Part shown: positions 1 to 12,421 of the stretch, piece after piece
How positions within the stretch are numbered: the first letter of the stretch is position 1
Layout: each line of letters begins with the position of its first letter
NCBI GenBank assembly: GCA_964016885.1
Contig: OZ024763.1
Location: 28,024,001-28,088,000, forward strand
Source: Eledone cirrhosa
Lineage: Eukaryota
Reading direction: 5' to 3'
DNA: 64,000 nucleotides
Position numbers and translations under genes: made by a program
Notes under the pieces: model-generated
What the model was told of the DNA's origin: nothing
Database searches by the model: none
What the model saw: the letters and a program-made list of their open reading frames with translations, nothing else

Positions 1-470
1 CACACGCACACACACACACACACACATATTTGTTAAGTATTTCTGAAGAAAAAGGAAAGGAAAAAGAGTGCTCTATGTATAAAACAGAGCTATTTAGTGA
101 TGAGCGGACAAGACATATTTTAACATTGTCTAGGGCCCTGAAACCTTTGGTAATGGATTAGTTATATATTGTGTTGTTTACTCTCTAATTAAATATATAT
201 ATATATGTGGGTAGGGGGGGGGGTGTAAAAGGTAAACAGAAATAACAACAAAATCGGTACAGTATATGGAAGGAATATATTAGGTTAACACTTGAAATAG
301 CAGGAAAAGAGCGCTATTGCTGGTAGTCATTTTCAGCTGAGTATACTGGACAATGTGGAATGAATGTCTGGTGTAACCCATGCAAAAATGGAAAATAGAT
401 GTTAAACTGTGATGAAGGTAAGACAGTGTCTTTCATCAGAAATATGCTGAACAAAAAGGCTAAGAAAAAG

Positions 471-507
<37 letters not shown>

Positions 508-1344
508 TAGTGAAATGGAAGGGTAACTTATAAAATCTGGTCCCTACATGGCCCCTATAATATTGCCCACCACCCCCTCCACTATCTAAAGAAAGCCAAA
601 GCAAAGACAAAAAAATACATAGAAATCCTTTTTTTCTTTTTTCATAGAATGCCTTTGATTACAGGGACTTGCCCTGCTGACTCACTCAGACTAAAGATTT
701 GGGGCTAAATGCCAAACACAAAAATCAGGGGGAAGTTTACCTTTTGGGGGGGGGGGGGGGGTTAAGTAAGAAAATAGCTTATTTTCCACATTCTGTCTGA
801 AGTATGTCAAGGTTAAGTATCATAAAGGAAGAAGGGAAAGAAGGAGAGAGACAGAGAGAGAGAGAGAAGAGAGAGAAAGAGAGAAACTAAGAAACAGAGA
901 GAAACTGGAAGAGAGAGACTAAAAGAGTAAGGGACAATGTGGGCATGAGGGAACAAGAGAAAGTGAGAGACAGAGACTAAAAGAAAGAGGGGTGGAGGGG
1001 ATAGAGAGACTGAGACAGACAGAGAGAGAGCAAGAAGCTAGGAGAGAGAGACAGAGAGAAAGATACTGAGAGAAAGAGCGAGGGACAATGTGGGTATGAG
1101 AGAACAAGAGAAAGAGAGAGACAGAGACTAAAAGAAAGAGAGAGGTGGGATATAGAGAGGGGGGTATATACTATTATATTTTCATGGTAAACACTTTATC
1201 TCACAATTATCTCACATAATATCGAATGTATGAGATTTTGATATTTACTTTGAGAACAATACCTTCACATCAGTATGAGCAGCAGATTACAGCCGGTTTG
1301 AACAGAAAGAGGTGAGAGAATTCTGGCCAGATATGGCTGGTCTA

Positions 1345-1692
1345 ATCATCATCATCATCATCATCATCATTTTACGTCCGCTTTTCCCTGCTTGCAAGGG
1401 TGGGACGGGAACTGATTTTGGCTTGCTTTCTACAGCTGGATGCCCTTCCTAACACCAACCTCATTTACAGTGAGTGCTGGGTGCTTTTTTGCCGTGGCAC
1501 CTACACGACCACTTTGCAGTGGAATGATATGGGCCCCAGTCCCTATCATCTCATTTCTACAGCTGAGTAAACTGGAGCAATGTGAAATAAAGTGTCTTGC
1601 TCAAGGAAACAACACATCACCCGGTCTGAGAATTGAACTCACAACCTTTCGATTGCAAGGCCAATGCTCTAACCACTAAGCCATGTGCCTCC
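1345..1692 (-). mobile_element. tRNA-derived SINE family B, full length
   Basis: Head GGAGGCACATGGCTTAGTGG...GAGTTCAATTC (A/B boxes), CORE-like CCTTGAGCAAGACACTT, and RTE-like tail GGAAGGGCATCCAGC...GGACGTAAAA(TGA)n. Closely similar copy at 37276-37628. Confidence 0.85.
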
Positions 1693-1727
1693 TTTATCAT
1701 TTACATTACTTTATATATACTATTATA

Positions 1728-1840
1728 GGGCGGTGGATTGGCAGTATCGGTAGAGGGTCGGACGCCATGCTTTCCAGCATAAAGTACCAGTAATGTACTG
1801 GGGTAATTGCTGGCCTTGTGCCAAAAGTAGAAACAATTAT
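1728..1840 (+). mobile_element. SINE family A, internally deleted
   Basis: Family A head fused directly to the tail AAAGTACCAG...GCCTTGTGCCAAAAGTAGAAAC. Confidence 0.75.
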
Positions 1841-2204
1841 TAAAGCTATCTTTATCATCATCATCATTGTCACAAGTTCGATAAAATAAAATACCGTTAA
1901 TATATTGAGGTTGATTTAATCAACTTTCGCCTTCTACCAAAAAAAAAAAAAAAAAAAATTGTTGGTCTTGTGCCTAAATCAGAAAACATTACTGTTATCA
2001 TAACTACCACCACCACCACCACCACCACCACCATGATCATCATCATCATCATCACTATTAACTTTATTACAGCTATCTTTATCATCATCATTGTCACAAG
2101 GCATTATTTTATCATTGCAATTATCGGAGCAGTTATCGTTTTCGCCATCAACTTTATATAAGATAAATGACGATAACTGCATAAGGATTTTATAATTATT
2201 TCCC

Positions 2205-2247
<43 letters not shown>

Positions 2248-2293
2248 TTTTGTATTGTCTCCGACATGTCGGCCCTTGTGGCCAATAAAGAAA

Positions 2294-3052
2294 TCGGGAC
2301 CACTTTGACTTCATGGCAGTTCCAAATCCTTTTTACCTCCCACTTTAAGTCCTGGTATCGGTTAATTTCTCCCTCTCCTTCTCTTGCACTCTCGTGTCGA
2401 ATGGGCAGGCCACATCCACAATCAGGCACGATCTTTTTTCCTTGTCCAAAACCACCAGGTCAGGTTTATTGTGGCCCAGTTTCTTGTCCATCTGTATCCT
2501 AAAATCCCACAGCATCTTCACCTGATCGTTTTCTATCACCGACTCTGGCTTGTGCTCATACCACTTCTCAGAATGTGGTAAATTGTTTACTTTGCATAGG
2601 TGCCAGTGGATCACCCTGCCCATCACATCATGTCTCCAGCCCTTATAGTGAGTCTGGGCTAGGTGTTTACACTCAGATACAATGTGAGCCACAGTCTCCT
2701 CTCTCTCTCCACAGATGCGGCACAGTGGGCTAGTCTCCTCCTTGTAAATATGGTGTTTCAACCACTTCGTTTTGAGGGCCTGCTCTTGCGCAGCCATTAG
2801 CATTCCTTCCGTAGCCTTTTTAAGGTCTCCTCTTTTCAACCAGTTCCATGTCTGTGGATCTCGGAATTCAGTTTTCTCAAAGAATGTACTATGAAGGGAT
2901 TTTTCATGAAGGCTGCTCTTTCTCCTTGTTGTTATTTCCTCCTTGGACATCCCCTGGTCTATTGTCCTCTCCTTCAATACAATTCTGAGCATTGGCTCCT
3001 TACTATCAGTCACGTATTTGTGTAGGTTGTTTTTCTCCATCTGAACACAGTT
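2294..3052 (-). pseudogene. R4/Dong-clade non-LTR retrotransposon fragment (CCHC knuckle plus restriction-like endonuclease), frameshifted
   Basis: ORF 2345-3040 has AAQEQAL, CRIC...ETVAHIVSEC, RHD, LWDF and KPDLVV...IVDVACP. It continues after a frameshift as RYQDLKWEVKRIW..VKVVPI. Flanked by (TAA)n. Confidence 0.88.
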
Positions 3053-3056
3053 AATA

Positions 3057-3087
<31 letters not shown>

Positions 3088-3159
3088 TATAAAGTACTAG
3101 TAATGCACTGGGTAATTGCTGGCCTTGTGCCTAAAGTAGAAACAATTATTATTATTATT

Positions 3160-3247
3160 TGTCTCCGACATTATTATTATTATTTGTCTCCGACATTATT
3201 ATTATTATTTGTCTCCGACATGTTGGCCCTTGTGGCCAATAAAGAAA

Positions 3248-3279
<32 letters not shown>

Positions 3280-3321
3280 TGTATTGTCTCCGACATGTTG
3301 GCCCTTGTGGCCAATAAAGAA

Positions 3322-3354
<33 letters not shown>

Positions 3355-3425
3355 TGTATTGTCTCCGAAATGTTGGCCCTTGTGGCCAATAAAGAAATCA
3401 TTATTATTATTATTATTATTATTAT
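3160..3425 (+). repeat. Tandem ~45-bp LINE-3'-end-like units separated by (ATT)n
   Basis: TGTATTGTCTCCGACATGTTGGCCCTTGTGGCCAATAAAGAAAT about three times plus partial copies; another copy at 2251-2294. Confidence 0.7.
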
Positions 3426-3578
3426 TGTTGTTGTTGTTGTTCTTGTTGTTGTTGTTGTTGGCGTTGTCATAACAATATTCATCACCATCATCATTAGCAG
3501 CAGCAGCAACAACAGAAGCAGTAGTAGCAGCATCAATTGAAACCATATCTGTCATCTCTCTTCACCAATGAAATACTG

Positions 3579-3609
<31 letters not shown>

Positions 3610-3644
3610 CATTACCATATTCATTGCCATTATCAGTGTTGTTA

Positions 3645-3719
<75 letters not shown>

Positions 3720-3761
3720 ATGCTAGCGTGGAAAATGGACGTTAAACGAAGATGATGATGA

Positions 3762-3801
<40 letters not shown>

Positions 3802-3893
3802 TCTTTACTGTAATCTTAACTATTATCACCATCAATTTAATAATTATATATGTATGTGTGTATATATCTATCTATATATATATATCTATACAC

Positions 3894-3997
<104 letters not shown>

Positions 3998-4794
3998 TAT
4001 CACCATCATAAACAACTATTATTAAAACCACCACCACCACTACCATCAACACCATCACCCCCACCATCACCATCACCACTACCACCATCCCCACCACCAC
4101 CACCGTCACCACCTCCATCTCCACTATGGCTCTCTGTTCATCATGTTACCCAATCATCTCCATTCTTATCTTTATTGTTGACAATAACAACAGTAATTTT
4201 TTTCCTAATTTAACCTTCATACAATGCTATTAATACATTGCAAGCTAGCACCACTAGCTATGAAGACGAAGACAAAGAGATTCCTTTTATTCATTATCTA
4301 TATCATTGTTCTTGTTGTTGTAATGAATAGTATTAGAATTATTAATGTTTTTGTTATTTTTTTTTTTGGCAGTATCGGTAGAACATTGGACAACATGTTT
4401 TGTAGCAGAAAGTTACGGCCCTTTATGTTCTGAGTTCAAATCCCACCGAGGTTAACTTTGCCTTTTATCCTTACATTGTAGCCCATTTTTGGTTTAAAAA
4501 AAAAAAAATTTCAAGTCCACCCAGCTTGTCAAGTTGAGCTGCCAATCCTTGGTTCAGCTTCAGGCACAACTCTACTCTCATTTCAGCAGTTTATATTTTC
4601 CTATTGTTATATTTCAGGAGGGTCATTCTGACCTAATATCCCCCCCCCCTCCCGACCCCCACCTCCAAATAGTAAAACACACTCACTTTTTGGTTTGATT
4701 TTCACTTCAGTATAGTTTTATAAATAATTTTGCTGGCAATCAATATTTATCATTGATTGACCAACAGTTAAAAATATAAATATAAATATAATTT

Positions 4795-4839
4795 ATCAAA
4801 GTACTTTCATCACACATATATGTGACATCTTCAGTGGTT
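4795..4839 (-). ncRNA. Minimal type I hammerhead ribozyme motif (Penelope-like), Eph sense strand
   Basis: AACCA-CUGAAGA-U-GUCACA(UAUAUG)UGUGAU-GAAA-GUAC-UU-UGAU. Palindromic stem III; one mismatch in stem I. Confidence 0.55.
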
Positions 4840-4972
4840 ATCACTGTGTTTCATCCTGTTGTGTTTCTATAACTTTTTTTTTCGTAACTTTATACCAGTA
4901 GAAAGGAAAAGATTTTCAAAGCCAAACTATTTTCCTTGGGCCAACTCCAGGTCCACATTGGGTCTCACTGAC

Positions 4973-5183
4973 TTAACCCTTTAATATTTAAATTACTCTT
5001 TATAAACTATTGTATTCTTGTAGGTAAGGGTTTATCTCACATAATATCGAATCTATGAGATTTTGATGTCATTTATTTTGAGAACAATACCTTCAGTATG
5101 AGCAGCCGATTATGACAGGTTTGAACAGAAAGAGGTGCTAGAATTCTGGCTGAATATGGCTGGTTTAAATGCTAAAGAGTTAA
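4973..5183 (+). mobile_element. piggyBac-type MITE family 1
   Basis: TTAA|CCCTTTA...TAAAGAG|TTAA; internal sequence shared with many other copies in the window. Confidence 0.75.
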
Positions 5184-6174
5184 ACATTTTGATGGAGTCT
5201 GGAATTTTTTTCCATAGTTAAGGCTGCTTAACACTTTTGATTCAAAACTGCCAAAATCCAACATGAGTTCTATGATGTAAAACAACTCACTTTAAAGAGT
5301 TTCTATCTAAATTAAAATCTTCCAACATAATTTGATACAGGAACATTTTTTGTTTGTTAAATCCTGTTATGTTATGCTACAAATGCAATCTTAATAAGGA
5401 AATAATTAATAATTTTAGTAAATCCCACAAAATTCTTCGTTAATTAATACAAATAAAGCGTATTTCATTAGACATATGACCACGAAAGCATGAAAGCATA
5501 ACATTCAATTTTGTTTCGTTATCTTAAAGATTTTGATTATGTCTTTGATATCCTTCCATAGTGAGGTTTGTTTAAAATCTGATGAGACACAAATTTGTGG
5601 TGGTGGTGGTGGTGTTGATGGTAGTGGTGGTGTTAGTGTAGTGGGAGGTATTATGGTGTTAGTGGTAGGAGTGGTGGTAGTGGTGCTGGTGGTAGTGGTG
5701 ATATTGGTGTTGTTGGTGGGTGTTAGTGTAGTGTAAGGAGTGGTGGTAGTGCTAGTGTAGATGTGGGAGTGGTGATGGTGGTAGTGTTAGTGTAGAGGTA
5801 GGAGTGGTGATAGTAGTGGTGGCAGTGATAGTGGTAATACTGTTGTTGTTGTTGTTGGTGGCGGTGGTATTGGTTGAGGGAGGTGGTGGCAAGCAGGAGA
5901 GAGAGAGAGGGTGGTGGTGGTGGTGGTAGTGGTGGTAGGGGAAATATTGCTTGAGGCTATGTCTTTCATGATGAAAGAAGAACCCCAAAAAGGACCCCCA
6001 TCACCTCTACCACTACCACCATCATCATCATCACTTCTACCACTACAACCACTACCACCACCACTACCCTCACCTATATCACCACCAACACTACACCATT
6101 TACATCACTTCTGCTATACCACCACCACCACCACCACCACCACCACCACTACACTAACACAATCACCACCAATA

Positions 6175-6362
6175 ACTGTTTCTACTTTTGGCACAAGGCC
6201 AGCAAATTACCCAGTGCATTACTGGTACTTTATTTTATCGACCCCGTAAGGATGAAAGGCAAAATTAACCTCGGCGGGATTTGAACTCAGAAGGGAAAGG
6301 GCCGTAACTCTATGCATCAAAGCATGATGTCCGCCCCCTCTACCGATACTGCCAATCCACCC
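6175..6362 (-). mobile_element. tRNA-derived SINE family A (Deu/Nin-like central domain)
   Basis: A box TGGCAGTATCGG, B box GAGTTCAAATCC, central TTTGCCTTTCATCCTTACGGGGTCGATAAAATAAAGTACCAG, tail GCTGGCCTTGTGCCAAAAGTAGAAAC. Confidence 0.85.
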
Positions 6363-7490
6363 AACACTATCACCACCACCATACCACCACCATCACCACC
6401 ACCACTATCTTCCCAACACCATCACCACCACTATCTTCCCAACACCACCACCACCACCACTATCACCACCAATAATAGCACTACCCTCCTGCCAACATCA
6501 CCACCACCACTACTATCTTCCCAACACCACCACCACCACTACCACCACTATCTTCCCAACACCACCACCACCATCACCACCAATAATAGCACTACCCTCC
6601 CACCACTATCATCCCAACATCATCATCCTCACCATCAACACCTCCAACACCACTATCTGTGTGTGTGTGTGTGTGTGTGTATGTGTTCATGTGTATCTTC
6701 CTCTGTGTATGTTTATCCCTATATGTTCATATGTGTGTGTGTGTGTGTGTGTATCTTTCTCTGAGTGTGTTTATCTATATATGTTTATGTGTGCCATCCT
6801 CTGTATGTGTGTGTGTATCTTTCTCTGAGTGTGTTTATATATATATATGTTTATGTGTGCCATCCTCTATGCATTTGTAATTAGCTATGTATTCATGTCA
6901 TTAGAATACATGCTGAATACTATGTCATTGGGTTAGGGATCAAATAGTCTACAGACTATACTGGATGCTACTGTGTTGTCGCATTAAGAAGAATAAACTG
7001 CATTTGGAACACATGCTGAACAGCTGAATACTGGGTCATTGGATTAGGGGAAGAAAGAATATTTCATTGGACTACACACTGAACACTGTGCCATGGCACA
7101 GGGGTTAGGGTGTTGGATAATGATAAGTGGTTCATAGGTCCTGTAACTGTGTGGTGTGTTGTGTGAGTTCCTGAGCAAGACACTTCATTTTATGTTGCTG
7201 TTTTTCATAAGACTTGCTCAAGAAACAAACATTCTATCCAGAACCTTATAAACATTATTGTCACAATAATAAGGAGTTCATGGCTCCTAGTGGTGTAGTT
7301 CTTAAACAAGACTCTTTACTTCACATGGCATTTCATGATAAGAATTGCAGAAGTAACCCTCACTCTACCCAGACTAGGAATCAAACCCACAACCTTATAA
7401 ACATAATTGGGACAATAATAATATATTCCTGGACTCTCGTAGTATAGTGTTCTTAAGCAAGACACTTCATTTCACGTTACTGTTTTTCAT

Positions 7491-7677
7491 GTGGATTGGC
7501 AGTATCGGTAGAGGGTCGGACGCCATGCTTTGCAAGAAAGAGTTACGGCCCTTTGTGGTCTGAGTTCAAATCCCGCCGAGGTTAACTTTGCCTTTCATCC
7601 TTACGGGGTCGAGAAAATAAAGTACCAGTAATGCACTGGGGTAATTGCTGGCCTTGTGCCCAAAGTAGAAACAGTTA
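7491..7677 (+). mobile_element. SINE family A
   Basis: Full-length match to the family A copies. Confidence 0.85.
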
Positions 7678-8184
7678 TAATACTTGTTCAAGAAACACTC
7701 ACTCTAACTTAACTGAGAATGAAACCCCCACAACTTTATAATCATAAATGATCCAACACCCTAATCACTACATCATGAGCCTTGGCAAAAATATACCCTG
7801 AAGAATTTCAAAGAATATAGAATTGGTTTAGACAGTTGATGAATTGCTTCTGTTAGCCAAAATTTTATTCCTAAAATCTTTCAGATGAATGAAAAAGTCC
7901 ATCTGTTTTTACTGTATGTCTAACAAGAGCATAAAGAAAGGCCCAGAGGAGAGAATTAACAGATGTTGTTGCCAAGAATGTGGTACTAATGTATCCAAAA
8001 ATGGTCTCTTTTTTCTTCTTCTTATTCTGTAGCTAATTTTCAGGCATTGGACTGCGACCATGCTGGGGCACTGCTTTGAACATTTTTGTGGTTTTTTTTT
8101 TTTTTTTATCATGTTAACTAACCTCAACTCCAGTATTTATTTTTTTTACCCTTTCATTACCCCAGTATATATATATATATATAT

Positions 8185-8246
<62 letters not shown>

Positions 8247-8489
8247 TTATATATATATATATATATATTTTAATGGAAGACACTGGCTGGGATTTGCAAA
8301 TAGTTTTGAAAATAATCAAGAATTTTGAATGGTTTAGTAATATAACTAACTTTATCATTAAATTGGTGTTTGGAACATAACTTAACAAAGGTTGAGGTTT
8401 TTAGATAAATATAAACACTTTAAGAATTCTGTTACCATATTTCTAACTGAAGACACTATCTACAATTTTCAAATTAATTTTGAAAATAA

Positions 8490-9066
8490 TTAAGGATTTA
8501 GATGGATTTAGTAATATAACTAACTTTCTCGTTATTAAGCTGGTGTTTGGAACATAACTTAATAAAGGTTCTTAAGGATTTAGATGGATTTAATAATATA
8601 ACAAACTTTCTCATTATTGGTGGATTGGCAGTATCGGTAGAGGGTCGGACGCCATGCTTTGATGCATAGAGTTACGGCCCTTTCCAATCTGAGTTCAAAT
8701 CCCGCCGAGGTTAACTTTGCCTTTCATCCTCACGGGGTCGATAAAATAAAGTACCAGTAATACACTGGGTAATTGCTGGCCTTGTGCCAACAATAGAAAC
8801 AATTATTAAGTTGGTGTTTGGAACATAACTTAACAAAGGTTCTTAAGGATTTAGATTGATTTAATAATATAACTAACTTTCGTATTATTAAGTTGGTGCT
8901 TGGAACATAACTTAACAAAGGTTCTTAAGGATTTAGATTGATTTAATAATATAACTAACTTTCGTATTATTAAGTTGGTGCTTGGAACATAACTTAACAA
9001 AGGTTCTTAAGGATTTAGATTGATTTAATAATATAACTATCTTTCGTATTATTAAGTTGGTGCTTA
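8490..9066. repeat. 82-bp tandem repeat from a second MITE-like family, interrupted by SINE A (8619-8806)
   Basis: AAGTTGGTG recurs at 8808, 8890, 8972 and 9054. Related sequence in reverse orientation at 21560-22030 and 55790-55900. Confidence 0.75.
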
Positions 9067-10010
9067 AGATTTTTACAGAACTAGTGACCATAACAGGTCT
9101 TCACTCCTCACCCCCTTTTTCAAGATGTTTTAAAGTGTCTGTGGTGTGTGGTGTGGTGTGTGGGGGAGGGCTGTACACTTTGATATCTCACATTTAAACC
9201 CCACCCTTGTCACGTTAGTCTGTTTAAGCTTCGGCACAGATGTGAGTAAACATGCACAAATCTGTGCCCACAAACATGCAAACATGAACACACACACACA
9301 CACACACATACATACATGCGCACACACACACTCACACACACACATGCATATATGCACACACACACATACATACATGGACACACACACAAACATGGACACA
9401 CACACTCACATACAGACATGCACACACACATACATACACACACACACACAGTTGCAGCCTAATGTCTTCCCTTTTAACCTCTGCATCATTAATGCATGCA
9501 TATATATATATATATATATATGCACCTGCATGCACATGCATGCATTTCAACACCAATGCAAGTCTAAACGTGCATTTCCATATTTTAATAACAAAAATTA
9601 AAGTGTTTACTGCGCCACTGATGTCGCAGATGCTCAGTGTGGACGTCTGCGGGTCAATACTAATAGCAAAGACATGATTTGAATGGAATGCTTGCAAAAC
9701 AGTATTAACAACAACAAGAATCACCACCACCACCACCACTAATAACACTATTCCTACCACCATCACAACTACCGCCACCACTACCACCATTATCATCACC
9801 AACACCATCATCTGCACCACCACCACCACCACTACCACCATTAGTGATGCTAGAGCTGTGAAATCTTGCATGCATTAATTTCAACTCTTCTTATTAATAA
9901 CTGCATTGTTTCTTTCCAGGGGCCATGTAGAAAAATAAACCTCATTTAGTTATTCCATGAGAGTATCTTCGTCAGCCTATGAAGGAATGATGCTGGAGCT
10001 GTGAAATCTT

Positions 10011-10190
10011 TTGGCAGTATCGGTAGAGGGTCGAACACCATGCTTTCCAGCAAAGTTACGTCCCTTTACGGTCTGAGTTCAAATCCCGCCGAGGTTAACT
10101 TTGCCTTTCATCCTTACGGGGTCGATAAAATAAAGTACCAGTAATGTACTGGGGTATTTGCTGGCCTTGTGCCAAAAGTAGAAACAATTA
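10011..10190 (+). mobile_element. SINE family A inserted in the second copy of a ~140-bp tandem duplication
   Basis: Empty paralogous site at 9855-9880. Confidence 0.85.
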
Positions 10191-10472
10191 ATTTCAACTC
10201 TTCTTATTAATAACTGCATTGTTTCTTTCCAGGGACCATGTAGAAAAATAAACCTCAATTGGTCATTCCATGAGAGTATCTTGGTCAGCCTTTGAACTTT
10301 TCACTGAGGACGTGTGTAAAGGTTTGTGCATATGTGTGAGTGTATGCATTCGAATTAGGGTTTGTGTATATCCATGCATATGTTTATTCGCGATTGTATT
10401 CTTTCTAATGACTGAAAACGAGCAAAAGTGTAAAAGAGATAGATGATAGATGGTAGAATTGGTTTCACGTAC

Positions 10473-10684
10473 CTGAAAACTGTACTTGGCATCTCGTTTA
10501 AGGCCTTTGAAGGTATAATTCTGAAATTCAGTCTTGATAGTGGATGCATTGTTACGATTGTCACTGGGATAATAGGTCACCTCATAGAGCTCAATTTTGC
10601 TATGGGGTTTCGTAGGGTTGTCCCAGACGAGTATAATGTCAGAGCCGATCTTCTGGGCGCGAAGATTACTGAGTTTGCCTGGAA
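10473..10684 (-). CDS. Eph: Eph receptor exon: most of FN3-2 (212 nt, phase 1-0)
   Basis: (V)PGKLSNLRAQKIGSDIILVWDNPTKPHSKIELYEVTYYPSDNRNNASTIKTEFQNYTFKGLKRDAKYSFQ, with FN3 W..P, YEV.Y and GL....Y.FQ. Acceptor tcacAG after a (CT)n tract, donor CAG|GTACGT. Confidence 0.95.
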
Positions 10685-10797
10685 CTGTGATGAAAAGGAA
10701 GAGAGAGAGAGAGAGATATAGATATAAGGATATTAAGATATGGTGTATATAAGATTTTCAAAAACAAAGTCAGGTTTACAAATATATATATATATAT

Positions 10798-11420
10798 ATA
10801 TTGTTATACTTTGGGAGGGTCATGTTGCCAATAAGAAACACACGCACCAGTTGCTTTCACTTCAATTTATTATATATTTATAAATTTATAAATTTACAAA
10901 TATACAAAATTATAAATTTCTGGTTGGTTGGTTGGTTCCACAACCAGATAGTTGTTTATATATAGTCATATACAGTTATATATAGACAAATTACAGAGGC
11001 AGTTATATATAGACAAATTACAGATAAATGAACACAAACACACACAGACACCCGGATGTGGTGCATGCGCAAACTGAGCACTCAACACACACACAGAAAC
11101 AAAATGGCGTAGGACAGAAGAAAGGAAAGGCACAGAAACAAAGAAAGGAATCCCCAGTCACTGAAGAGGTCACAGAGTGTGTGACGAAAGGACTATGACT
11201 ATATATAAACAACTATCTGGTTGTGGAACCAACCAACCAACCAGAAATTTATAAATTTGTAGATTTGTAAATTTATAAATTTATAAATATATAATAAATT
11301 GAAGTGAAAGCAACTGGTGCGTGTGTTTCTTATTGGCAACATGACCCTCCCAAAGTATAACAATATCGGTTTCAACACACGATTTCAGATAAAGAATCTT
11401 GCTAAACAAATTCAGAAACG

Positions 11421-11422
<2 letters not shown>
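10798..11422 (+). mobile_element. Penelope-like element (family P1): inverted pseudo-LTR, hammerhead motif and 56-nt tail, in (TA)n
   Basis: Arms 10798-10970 and 11194-11366 are reverse complements; tail 11367-11422. Related copies at 38157-38289 and 39193-39521. Confidence 0.8.
11156..11200 (+). ncRNA. Minimal type I hammerhead ribozyme motif
   Basis: AGUCA-CUGAAGA-G-GUCACA(GAGUG)UGUGAC-GAAA-GGAC-UA-UGACU. Stem I 5 bp, stem II 6 bp, predicted cleavage after 11195. Confidence 0.75.
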
Positions 11423-11456
<34 letters not shown>

Positions 11457-11992
11457 ATATTAAATAAATGGAAACTATATTTACAAAACCATATTTATTT
11501 TATTATATATATTTCAAGGGCAACCAAGACAACATTGGTACACTTTCATCAGATAAAATATAAAGTTTGTTTTATAAATAGAGACGTACCCATGAAAATC
11601 ATACCTTATCGGTTGGAAATTCACTGGATAGTGAGGTTAATTTACATAAAATAATAATGGAAGGTTTTTAGAGAACTATATACACTTTAACCCTTACAAT
11701 ACCCTATTTCTAATTAAAGACACTGTTTATAATAATTGTTTCTATTTTTGGCACAAGGCCAGCAATTATCCCAGTGTATTACTGGTACTTTATTTTATCG
11801 ACCCCGTAAGGATGAAAGGCAATAATAAAGTAAAATATGTGATTCATTCTCATGTTCATTCTTCCATGCTGGGTTGTATAGGATGTTTTGGAAAAATTAA
11901 GCTTTTATAGTTGGATGCTAACCCCTTTTATTTCCTTCTTACAACACACCGGAATACCATGTATCTATTGTAAATACCAAATTACACATAGG

Positions 11993-12421
11993 TTAACCCT
12001 TTAGCATTTACATTACTCTATATATTATTTCTACTTTTGGCGCAAGGCCGGCAATTACCCCAATGCATTACTGGTATTTTATTTTATCGACCAAGTAAGG
12101 ATGAAAGGTAAAGTTAGCCTCAAATACTGCCGTGGTTAACTTTGCCTTGGTAAAGGTTTTACCTCACATAATTATCTCACATAATATCGAATCTATGAGA
12201 TTTTGATATTGTTTGTTTTGAGAACAATACCTTAAAGTCGATATGAGGAGCCAGTTATGGCCAGTTTTAACAGAAAGAGGTGAGAGAATTATGACCAGAT
12301 GTCGCCGGTTTAAATGCTAAAGGGTTAACATCATTATGAGCGGCCAGTTACAGCTGGTTCGAACAGTAAGAGGTGAGAGAATTATGACCAGACATGGCCA
12401 GTTTAAATGCTAAAGGGTTAA
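11993..12421 (+). mobile_element. piggyBac-type MITE family 1 with a nested SINE A fragment and a duplicated right end
   Basis: TTAACCCTTTAGCATTTA at 11993; TAAATGCTAAAGGGTTAA ending at 12328 and again at 12421. Confidence 0.8.

Noticed and set aside
314-610. 98-aa ORF as the next Eph exon
   Set aside because: No Eph similarity and spans microsatellites; the next exon probably lies left of the window.
7491-7580. tRNA gene (A and B boxes)
   Set aside because: SINE head: extended box spacing, followed by SINE body and tail in many copies.
9611-9646. Possible 36-nt in-frame microexon after FN3-2
   Set aside because: Weak donor (GCA|GTAAAC) and no match to the expected VRA.T..G.G continuation of FN3-2.
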